Shown piece after piece: positions 16,176 through 24,000 of a DNA stretch of 24,000 bases. A program made the position numbers and the translations under genes. The first letter of the stretch is position 1. Each line of letters begins with the position of its first letter. The notes beneath the pieces are model-generated. The model saw only the letters and a list, made by a program, of their open reading frames with translations, had not been told where the DNA came from and did no database searches. The DNA comes from Candidatus Hamiltonella defensa 5AT (Acyrthosiphon pisum) (GTDB taxonomy: Bacteria > Pseudomonadota > Gammaproteobacteria > Enterobacterales > Enterobacteriaceae), in the NCBI RefSeq assembly GCF_000021705.1, contig NC_012751.1, forward strand, positions 722,608-746,607. The letters are read 5' to 3'.

Positions 16176-18511
16176 GCAGGCCGCAAGTGCCCACTCCCTC
16201 AAGAACCGTACGTGCGAGTTACCCCGCATACGGCTCACGCAACTTACTCACTTCAACATTTTTCCTTTTTTGCTATGTAATTGTCTGTGGCAATTAGCAT
16301 GTAACAATCTTAGATTAGCCAGCTTGTTGTCACCCCCTTCAGCTTTAGGCTGAATATGATGAACATGCAATTGTTCACCATTGTCCAACTCTTGATCACA
16401 GAGAGGACAATAACCTTTCTGTCGCTTATAGAGGTTAACTTTGACACCGTAAATAAAAGGCTGTTTACGTGCCTGCCTATTACGCCAATAGTCACGCAAT
16501 TCCGGATTGTCGGGGGAAGCATTTTTTGGAACTAGCCAATGACGCTGTATTTTTGTCCATGCATGCTTCCAAAGAAATCCACCGGTTGATTTATCCATAA
16601 ATACTGAATAGTCTTCTCTACCTGGTATCTTGCCTAAGTAGTGTTTTCTTCGCCACCACCAGTGTTTATTGGGATGACGTCGATACAAATATCTACGTTG
16701 GCGGATCCACATCCATTGGTCTAATGCACTGAATGTTCTTTTTGAAGCACCAATACGATAGTAATTACACCATCCTATTATCTTGGCATTCAGTTGTCTT
16801 ATTCCTTCTTGTGTCGGCATACCGATAATACCTTTCCAGGTCATTCTCATTTGCTGTTTGTACCTTTTCATCGACTCCTTTGAGGGCTTCGTTAACAATA
16901 TATATCCCCGTTTTCTGTGGCGATTGTCATAATGTCGTATATTAAATCCCAGGAAGTCGAATCCTTCCTTCAAGTGTTTGATACTGGTTTTTTCTTCAGA
17001 AAGAGCTAACCCTCTCTAAGCTAACCAAATTTGCAACTTTATTTTGGCAGTTTCGCACTCTTCACGGGATTTACCGAATACGACAAAATCATCCGCATAA
17101 CGAACTACTGCATAAGGTTGCCCTTGTTTTGGCGTGCCGTTTTTCCAGTATTGAATACCCAGTAAGGTCTCCATTCCGTGGAGTGCAATATTGGCCAGTA
17201 GTGGACTGATAATCCCGCCTTGCGGAGTACCTGCAACATTGGGTATATAGTTGCCATGTTCCAGCACACCGGCTTGTAACCATTGTTTAATCATGTTTCT
17301 TTCGGGGAATCCCCCGATTTTTTTTATGAGAAAATTATGGTCAATGTTGTCAAATGCGCCTTTAATATCTGCATCTAGTACCCAGTGCCGTGTCCCTCGT
17401 GCTCTGGCAATACAGAAAATTTTTTGTATTGCGTCATGGGCACTTCGCCCCGGTCTAAATCCGTAGCTGACTGGTTCAAATTTTGCTTCCCAATAAGGTT
17501 CCAGCGCCGATTTAACTATCGCTTGTCTACAGCGGTCGAGAATGGTTGGGATCCCAAGAGGGCGTTTTTTTCCATTCTTTTTTGCTATGTAAACTCGTTT
17601 TACTGGATAAACCTTTTCTGAAGTTGTTTGGCTTAATAACTTATAAAGATGTTCTCGTCCTTTATGGTCATTAATTACCTGATTATCTACTCCAGCCGTG
17701 TGTTTTCCCCGATTGACCTGAGTGACTTTCCTGATAGCCAGAAGATGGTTAGCTCTTGATTTCATCATGAGTTTTTGCAGATTTCTGACTTTCTTTAAGT
17801 CACCTGTTGCTGAAGCCCTATATATTCTTTGCCTTAGATTATTAATCATGGCTGTCACAACACGCCAGTTAATAGCATGCCATTCCAGTTGTTGTTCATA
17901 GTTTTGATTTATTACGTTTGCCATAGGCATCTAACTCTTCTAAATCAATTCATAACCTTGGTAAAGGATTATATGGGTAAGTCACCCGTTCCACGTCAGC
18001 CTCTTTTCAGAGTAAAGTAATTACCTCTATCAATCCTGTTATGATTTCCAGTTGCCTTTCGGCTGATTGCCTTCGCTTTTTGGAACGTCTTATGCCCACT
18101 GTCTCTTAGTATTTACATCAACACTAAAAGATTAATGGGGTTACCGTGTTTCACACCATGAAGATACATTGAGTGGGCTGCCTCCTCTATGCCGGGGAAC
18201 GGGATCCGTCGTAAAGAACGAACACTCTTCTTTACCCGTTTCTAACTGTCGTTAAACTTCCCCATAACACGTCACATCTGATTTCGTGTTTTACTTGCTT
18301 ACGACATTTTAATAACGGAGATTCACTTTATTCAACCCATTTCAGTTTTGCCTTGCCCCTATTTCTTATTCAGCTTAATACTTTAGTTAGGCTTTCATTC
18401 TCGCTTAGCACAAGAGAATTACTCCTCTTGCACCGAGTAAGTGGCAATAAGGTTTCGGATCAACCTTACCCTTTTTCAAGGGACTTCTGTGGTGCAACTT
18501 TCACGTCGCAC
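16167..18511 (-). mobile_element. Group II intron copy C (2345 nt), full length
   Basis: 5' GTGCGACGTG at 18511 (minus). Domain V lies at 16203-16236. Domain VI has a bulged A, and the 3' end reads ...CCTAAT at 16167. The IEP sits in domain IV. The 5' 655 nt are identical to copy A. Confidence 0.93.
16248..17930 (-). pseudogene. Intron-encoded RT-maturase-HNH endonuclease of copy C, intact except for one in-frame TAG at 17016-17018
   Basis: ORFs 17016..17930 and 16248..16973 share one frame. RT motifs are RPLGIPTILDR, GTPQGGIISPLLANI and VVRYADDFVV. The X domain contains GWCNYYRIGASK. The En domain reads CPLCDQ...HVHHIQPKAEGGDNKLANLRLLHANCHRQLH. Copy B has CAG (Q) where C has TAG (LAQRGLAL versus LA*RGLAL). 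Confidence 0.9.
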
Positions 18512-18951
18512 GCATTCGCATTAGTACATGATAAAAAAATCATTACAGTCAATATAAGTGTTCCAGTACTGAAGTACATTTTTAAACTCCAATTTTTCTA
18601 TAAATTGATATGAAATAAACGATAATGTATTCAATATGTTTATTTATGATAAAAATAATTCAATTTTATCATATTGCCCTACAAGCAGTTAATCCAACGC
18701 AACCAAAAAATCGCAATAATTAAACGCTGAACACTCCGATGCTGGGATTTAACTCCTGTGATGACTTTAATCGGTATTATTTTGACTCAAAATTGAGGCT
18801 TTAAATTAAAAAAAAGAGAGCTAGATCTCAAAATTAAAAACTTAAGTTCGATTCACTTTGATAAAAGAAGGTTTTCATTTTAACCTATGCTAATCTTTTT
18901 GAATTATCTTTATATGATATAAAAAATCAGCTCAATCATCAGGAATTTTCT

Positions 18952-19377
18952 ATGGCAGTAGAACGTACTTTTTCTATCATCAAGCCGAAAGCGGTTACTA
19001 AAAATGTAATCGGCGCAATTTATACCCGTTTTGAAACAGCGAAATTGAAAATAATTTCAGCAAAAATGCTACTTCTAACGATAGAGCAAGCAGAAGGTTT
19101 TTACGTAGAGCACAAGAATCGCGATTTTTTTACGAATTTAATTCAATCAATAACATCAGGCCCAGTTATGATCCAAGTTCTTGAAGGCGAAAATGCAGTC
19201 AAACGAAATCGTGAAATCATGGGTGAAACCGATCCTAAAAAAGCCTTAGCAGGAACCCTTCGTGCAGATTTTGGAGACAGCCTGACAGACAATGCACTTC
19301 ATGGCTCAGATTCCCTTGCATCTGCTGAACGTGAGATTGCTTATTTTTTTAAATTTGACGAAATTTTTTCCAGATAA
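18952..19377 (+). CDS. ndk: Nucleoside diphosphate kinase
   Basis: 141 aa. [12 protein letters not shown]..., [26 protein letters not shown] and [18 protein letters not shown] (active-site His) are present. Confidence 0.95.
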   Translation: MAVERTFSIIKPKAVTKNVIGAIYTRFETAKLKIISAKMLLLTIEQAEGFYVEHKNRDFFTNLIQSITSGPVMIQVLEGENAVKRNREIMGETDPKKALAGTLRADFGDSLTDNALHGSDSLASAEREIAYFFKFDEIFSR

Positions 19378-19439
19378 AATCATTTATTTAAAAGATAAAC
19401 ATTCTGTGATCTATTTTTTAAAAAAGGCGCTCATTTTTT

Positions 19440-20621
19440 ATGTCTCAATTAAGACCGTATTCTGTTTCGTTATCAGATATTCCTGTCAGCATAATCCCAT
19501 CTGAAAGCACACTGCAGACTATCAAACCGACTAACAAAAAAATCAACTTGCTGGATTTTAATCGACAAAAACTACGGGATTTTTTTGTCAAAATAGGTGA
19601 AAAACCTTTTCGGGCTGATCAAATCATGAAGTGGATATATCATTATTGTTATGATGATTTTTCTTTGATGACAGATATCAACAAACAGTTACGTGATAAA
19701 TTACAAAAAATAGCAGAAATTCGTGCGCCAGAGGTCGCGAAAGAACAAAGTTCTTCTGATGGCACCATTAAATGGGCAATAAAAGTGGGAGATCAACAGG
19801 TCGAAACCGTTTACATACCCGAATCAGACCGTGCAACCCTCTGTGTTTCTTCACAGGTCGGCTGTGCACTTGAATGTCGATTTTGTTCTACCGCTCAACA
19901 AGGCTTTAACCGAAACCTGAGCGTCTCCGAAATTATTGGCCAAGTTTGGCGTGCTGCTAAAATCATCGGTTCTTTAAAATCAAAAGGTCAACGCCCTATC
20001 ACTAATGTTGTGATGATGGGTATGGGAGAGCCCTTACTGAACATCAATAATGTTGTGCCAGCCATGGCTATTATGATGGACGACTTTGGTTTTGGCTTAT
20101 CTAAACGACGAGTCACATTGTCCACCTCTGGTGTTGTGCCTGCTTTAGATAAATTAGGTGATATGATAGACGTTGCACTAGCGATTTCTCTTCATGCCCC
20201 GACGGATGATATCCGCAACGAACTGGTTCCCATTAATCGTAAATATAATATTGAAACCTTGTTAGCAGCGGTTCGCCGTTACTTGACAAAATCTAATGCC
20301 AATCAAGGCAGAGTGACGATTGAATACGTCATGCTTAATCATGTGAATGACAGTTTAAAACAAGCTCATCAGTTAGCTGATTGTTTGAAAAATACTCCCT
20401 GCAAAATTAATTTAATTCCTTGGAATCCTTTTCCTGGTGCTGACTATGGACGTAGCTCCAATAGTCGGATAGATCGTTTTGCAAAGGTATTAATGCAATA
20501 TGATTTCACGACGATTATACGTAAAACCCGAGGGAATGATATTGATGCTGCTTGTGGTCAATTAGCAGGAGATGTGATTGATCGCACCAAACGTACATTA
20601 AAAAAAAATAATAGATGGTGA
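19440..20621 (+). CDS. rlmN: 23S rRNA m2A2503 / tRNA m2A37 methyltransferase RlmN (radical SAM)
   Basis: 393 aa, collinear with E. coli RlmN as I recall it. Shared segments include [55 protein letters not shown] and [20 protein letters not shown]. Confidence 0.97.
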   Translation: MSQLRPYSVSLSDIPVSIIPSESTLQTIKPTNKKINLLDFNRQKLRDFFVKIGEKPFRADQIMKWIYHYCYDDFSLMTDINKQLRDKLQKIAEIRAPEVAKEQSSSDGTIKWAIKVGDQQVETVYIPESDRATLCVSSQVGCALECRFCSTAQQGFNRNLSVSEIIGQVWRAAKIIGSLKSKGQRPITNVVMMGMGEPLLNINNVVPAMAIMMDDFGFGLSKRRVTLSTSGVVPALDKLGDMIDVALAISLHAPTDDIRNELVPINRKYNIETLLAAVRRYLTKSNANQGRVTIEYVMLNHVNDSLKQAHQLADCLKNTPCKINLIPWNPFPGADYGRSSNSRIDRFAKVLMQYDFTTIIRKTRGNDIDAACGQLAGDVIDRTKRTLKKNNRW

Positions 20622-20718
20622 ATCCATATATTATTGAGTATTAAAATGTTTTAAGTATTCCCCTCACACCGTAAAATTTTTTTAAAAAATCAATACGAAA
20701 AAAGGTCAAGACTAAAAT

Positions 20719-21465
20719 ATGACCCTTCATATATTTTGGAAAATTTTTTTGATCAGCTCTTTTTTAATGGGTTGTACACATATATCAGATAAATCACGCG
20801 AACAAGCAGCACGGCAAACACGTTTACAGTTGGGCTTAGAATATTTAAAACAAGGTGATTACAAAGCGGCGCGTCAAAATTTTGAAAAAGCACTGCTTGA
20901 GAATGAAGAGGATTATCGAGCTCAGTTAGGTATGGCTCTCTACGAACAAAACGTGGGAGAAAATAAAGCCGCCCATCAACGTTATCAAAAAATTCTGAAA
21001 TTAGCACCGTTAAATGCTACGGTGATGAATCATTACGGTACTTTTTTATGTAAACAAGGAGATTATGCTTCTGCACAGGAACAGTTTAGTGCCGCAGTAC
21101 TTTCAACAGATTATATTGAAATTGCAGACAACTTAGAAAATGCAGGGTACTGTTTTTTTGAAGCTAAGCAATATAAATTTGCTCAAATGCTGATAAGCAG
21201 AGCCTTAAAATATGATGCAGAAAAAGGCAGATTTCTCATAGAAAAAGCAAAAAAACAATTTGAATTTAAAAAATACGACCACGCTCAATTTTTGTTAAAT
21301 GTGCATCAAAGTGTTTTACCTGTTTGTGCTGAAGTTCTATTGTTACAAATTTATTTATCCTATAAATTTGGAGATGAGGACAGCGTACAAAATATCGGCA
21401 AACAATTAGCGAGAGATTTCTCACACTCAAAAGAGTATAAAGATTATTTAGCCCATGAAGACTAG
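20719..21465 (+). CDS. pilW: TPR-repeat lipoprotein, type IV pilus biogenesis/stability protein PilW (PilF-like)
   Basis: 248 aa with lipobox SFLMG|C. TPR-like repeats are visible (LGLEYLKQGDYKAARQNFEKAL; NHYGTFLCKQGDYASAQEQF). The position between rlmN and rodZ matches many gammaproteobacteria. Confidence 0.75.
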   Translation: MTLHIFWKIFLISSFLMGCTHISDKSREQAARQTRLQLGLEYLKQGDYKAARQNFEKALLENEEDYRAQLGMALYEQNVGENKAAHQRYQKILKLAPLNATVMNHYGTFLCKQGDYASAQEQFSAAVLSTDYIEIADNLENAGYCFFEAKQYKFAQMLISRALKYDAEKGRFLIEKAKKQFEFKKYDHAQFLLNVHQSVLPVCAEVLLLQIYLSYKFGDEDSVQNIGKQLARDFSHSKEYKDYLAHED

Positions 21466-22128
21466 ATGTATTGAACATAAAATTGCAATAGAAACAATTG
21501 GAGCTCGCCTAAAAAAAGCTCGCGAAGCATCAAAATTAACACAACAAACGGTAGCGGATCGTTTATGCCTAAGATTGTCTACCATTCAAAAAATTGAAGA
21601 AAACAATCTTACGCCCAGTTTTTTTCTGCTTTTGAGCTCGGTTATATTCGTTCTTATGCAAAATTATTGAATCTACCAAGAGAAGCATTATTATCAAAAC
21701 TCAATGAAGAAATTTAGGTAATAAAAACATCTAATAAACTTTATTTTTATCTAATAAAAAGAGCAAAGAATGGCATAGATGTCTAATTCTATCTACTTAG
21801 TTTATTTTATTCACAATTTTTTGATTAACTGGTGCTTGGTGGTGTCAAAATAATAAAATTCAAAAAACAGAAATTAACAGCATGAATATCGAATCATCAG
21901 TAAAATTGTTGACACAAGACTCATTAATAAAAAAAACGACTCAACATCACCGATGACTGAAGTTCAACTACCTCATGCCTCTATTTTGGTTTGGTTCAAA
22001 AAAACAACCTGTCTGTCGCCGACAGTAATAATAAAAAGTCAATTGATCCTAAATTACTACTTAGTACACTCTAATATTCAAGTAAATGGCAACATTGGGC
22101 GCAATTTTTGACTTACAGGCGTTTAAGG
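21455..22128 (+). pseudogene. rodZ: rodZ (cytoskeleton/cell-shape protein) remnant
   Basis: The N-terminal HTH is intact (IGARLKKAREASKLTQQTVADRLCLRLSTIQKIEEN). A frameshift occurs at the T7 run 21619-21625. The family motif GYIRSYAKLLNLPREALL continues in another frame and stops at TAG 21715-21717. The TM and linker region is missing or riddled with stops. A faint C-terminal trace (NIQVNGN) lies near 22075-22110. Confidence 0.8.
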
Positions 22129-22135
22129 GAATATC

Positions 22136-23248
22136 ATGTATAACTTATCCTCCATCATTAGACGCAAATCGACCCGCATTTATGTAGGGAAAGTTCCTAT
22201 TGGAGAGAATGCACCGATCAGCGTTCAATCCATGACCAATACAAAAACCACAGATGTGGCTGCGACGGTAGCTCAAATTAAAGCATTGCAATCTGTTGGT
22301 GCAGATATTGTAAGGGTTTCTGTACCCACTATGGAGGCTGCGGAAGCGTTTAACCAGATCAAACAACAAGCTTCTGTTCCATTAGTTGCTGATATTCATT
22401 TTGACTATCGTATTGCTCTAAAAGTAGCAGAGTATGGTGTAGATTGCTTACGCATTAATCCTGGTAATATTGGTAGTGAACTTCGTATTCGCGATGTTGT
22501 TGCCAGTGCACGTCATCACGGGATTCCAATCCGAATCGGTATTAACGGCGGTTCATTAGAAAAAGACATTCAAGAGAAATACAAAGAACCGACACCAGAG
22601 GCACTATTAGAATCGGCAATGCGCCAAGTCTCGTTTTTAGAACGCCTCAATTTTGATCAATTTAAAATCAGTGTAAAAGCATCAGATGTTTTTTTAGCTA
22701 TCCATTCATACCGCCTTTTAGCAACTCGTATCGATCAACCCTTACATTTAGGCATAACAGAAGCGGGGGGGGCTCGTAGTGGCTCTATAAAATCCGCGAT
22801 AGGTTTAGGAATCCTTCTCTCTGAAGGAATAGGAGATACTTTGCGCATTTCTTTGGCCGCCGATCCAACAGAAGAAATCAAAGCCGGCTTTGATATCTTG
22901 AAATCTTTGCGTATCAGGTCTCGAGGTATTAACTTTATTGCGTGCCCAACCTGTTCGCGTCAGGAATTTGATGTTATTGGTACCGTTAATGCGCTTGAAA
23001 AACGTCTAGAAGATATCGTCACTCCTATGGATGTTTCTATTATTGGTTGTGTTGTTAATGGCCCAGGTGAGGCGTTAGTGTCTACTTTAGGCGTCACTGG
23101 AGCACGTAACAAAAGTGGCTTTTTCGAAGAGGGTGAACGTAAAGGTCGACTTGATAATCAACAAATCATTGATCAACTCGAAGCCAAAATTCGTGCCAAA
23201 GCAGCCTTATTAGATAAAAAAAATCGGATTCAAATAAATCAACTTTGA
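22136..23248 (+). CDS. ispG: 4-hydroxy-3-methylbut-2-en-1-yl diphosphate synthase (flavodoxin) IspG
   Basis: 370 aa, collinear with E. coli IspG. Shared segments include [58 protein letters not shown] and [12 protein letters not shown]. Confidence 0.97.
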   Translation: MYNLSSIIRRKSTRIYVGKVPIGENAPISVQSMTNTKTTDVAATVAQIKALQSVGADIVRVSVPTMEAAEAFNQIKQQASVPLVADIHFDYRIALKVAEYGVDCLRINPGNIGSELRIRDVVASARHHGIPIRIGINGGSLEKDIQEKYKEPTPEALLESAMRQVSFLERLNFDQFKISVKASDVFLAIHSYRLLATRIDQPLHLGITEAGGARSGSIKSAIGLGILLSEGIGDTLRISLAADPTEEIKAGFDILKSLRIRSRGINFIACPTCSRQEFDVIGTVNALEKRLEDIVTPMDVSIIGCVVNGPGEALVSTLGVTGARNKSGFFEEGERKGRLDNQQIIDQLEAKIRAKAALLDKKNRIQINQL

Positions 23249-23270
23249 TCTTTTCGGAAGTAATGAAAAT

Positions 23271-24000
23271 ATGACAGATGTGATGAAAAAGTTACAGGCC
23301 ATTCGCGGAATGAATGATTGTCTGCCTCCAGATTCCGAATTATGGGAGCAAATTGAAAATACTTTGAAAAATATACTTGCAACCCACTGTTATAACGAAA
23401 TTCGCATCCCAATCATAGAAACTACAACATTGTTTAAACGAGCGATTGGTGAAGTCACTGATGTAGTAGAAAAAGAGATGTATACCTTTGATGACCGCAA
23501 TAGTGAAAGTGTAACCTTGCGTCCCGAAGGGACAGCAGGCTGCGTTCGTGCCGGTGTTGAGCATGGTCTTTTTCACAATAAGGAACAACGTTTTTGGTAT
23601 ATTGGCTCCATGTTTCGTTACGAAAGACCACAAAAAGGCCGTTACCGTCAGTTCCATCAATTAGGTGTAGAAGTATTTGGTTTGTATGGGCCAGATATTG
23701 ATGCAGAACTTATTTTAATGACCGCCCGATTCTGGAAGAAGCTAGGGATTTTAAATTATGTTCAATTGGAATTAAATTCAATTGGTTCGATAGAAGAGCG
23801 TTCAAGGTATCGTGAATCTTTGTTGAAATTTTTAGAAAAAAATAAAGCTCAATTGACTGAAGAAGCAATTCATCGAATGCACAAAAATTCATTACGGCTA
23901 TTAGATTCGAAAGATCAGGTTGTTCAAAAAATACTCGCAGATGCCCCCCTATTGTCCGAATATCTCAATGATGAATCGAAACAGCATTTTTTAACACTCT
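23271..24000 (+). CDS. hisS: Histidine--tRNA ligase, N-terminal ~243 codons (runs off the window; alternative start ATG 23283)
   Basis: The frame is open to the window end. It reads (MTDV)[15 protein letters not shown]...[23 protein letters not shown]...[13 protein letters not shown]...[20 protein letters not shown], collinear with E. coli HisS. It is absent from the ORF track only because it has no stop in the window. Confidence 0.95.
   Translation, partial: MTDVMKKLQAIRGMNDCLPPDSELWEQIENTLKNILATHCYNEIRIPIIETTTLFKRAIGEVTDVVEKEMYTFDDRNSESVTLRPEGTAGCVRAGVEHGLFHNKEQRFWYIGSMFRYERPQKGRYRQFHQLGVEVFGLYGPDIDAELILMTARFWKKLGILNYVQLELNSIGSIEERSRYRESLLKFLEKNKAQLTEEAIHRMHKNSLRLLDSKDQVVQKILADAPLLSEYLNDESKQHFLTL

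Noticed and set aside
7478-17018. In-frame stops as programmed recoding (selenocysteine, pyrrolysine, or TGA=Trp alternative code)
   Set aside because: All three stop codons are involved. The same codons terminate neighbouring conserved genes normally; for example TGA ends hup, finO and the T4CP fragment. Paralogue comparison shows simple C-to-T changes. I saw no SECIS-like context.
23340-23892. Minus-strand ORFs 23340..23660 and 23710..23892
   Set aside because: They are antisense shadows inside the clearly conserved hisS frame. The same applies to other short overlapping ORFs, such as 1023..1220, 1129..1338, 5225..5497, 5494..5830, 6015..6233, 9616..9801, 10800..10991, 11569..11820, 15744..16084 and 22145..22369.
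1-24000. Search by eye for CRISPR arrays, tRNA/rRNA genes and IS-type terminal inverted repeats
   Set aside because: No regularly spaced short direct repeats and no cloverleaf-like or rRNA-like conserved stretches were seen. The only long repeats are the three intron copies. A tRNAscan or Infernal run would be needed to exclude small RNAs formally.

Overview
The window has two parts.

**Chromosomal block (about 18.95-24 kb).** This is the conserved housekeeping block ndk-rlmN-pilW-rodZ-ispG-hisS of an AT-rich gammaproteobacterium. RlmN, IspG and HisS align almost residue for residue with the E. coli proteins as I recall them, so the host is probably Enterobacterales-like. rodZ is decayed.

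**Mobile region (1 to about 18.5 kb).** This is an integrated plasmid/ICE-like region.
- **Transfer and maintenance backbone.** It carries a coupling-protein-like C-terminal fragment, a ProQ/FinO protein, an Rpn/YhgA-type PD-(D/E)XK gene, and an HU-like protein with a Lys-rich tail. It also has a MOBP-type relaxase with MobC and a candidate oriT, plus ParA with a small RHH partner, HicAB, a serine resolvase and a tyrosine integrase.
- **Cargo operon (12.8-16.2 kb).** This AT-rich six-gene operon encodes a membrane protein, an S26 signal peptidase, an unknown protein, a lipoprotein, a small membrane ORF and a 4-TM Mrr-type nuclease. It is the best candidate here for an uncharacterised system.
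- **Group II introns.** Three copies of one intron lie in the region, all on the minus strand. Copy A (1-655, partial) is identical to copy C (16167-18511) over the shared 655 bp. Copy B (2814-5155) is diverged and sits in sense orientation inside the rpn-like gene, where exact splicing restores a conserved motif. Copies A and C are antisense to the coupling-protein and Mrr genes and truncate them.

**Gene decay.** Decay is pervasive. In-frame TAA, TAG and TGA stops affect the relaxase, both intron RT genes and a small membrane ORF. Frameshifts affect rpn exon 2, the copy B RT gene and rodZ.

I saw no tRNA, rRNA or CRISPR array. All functional calls come from reading motifs by eye, with no database search.
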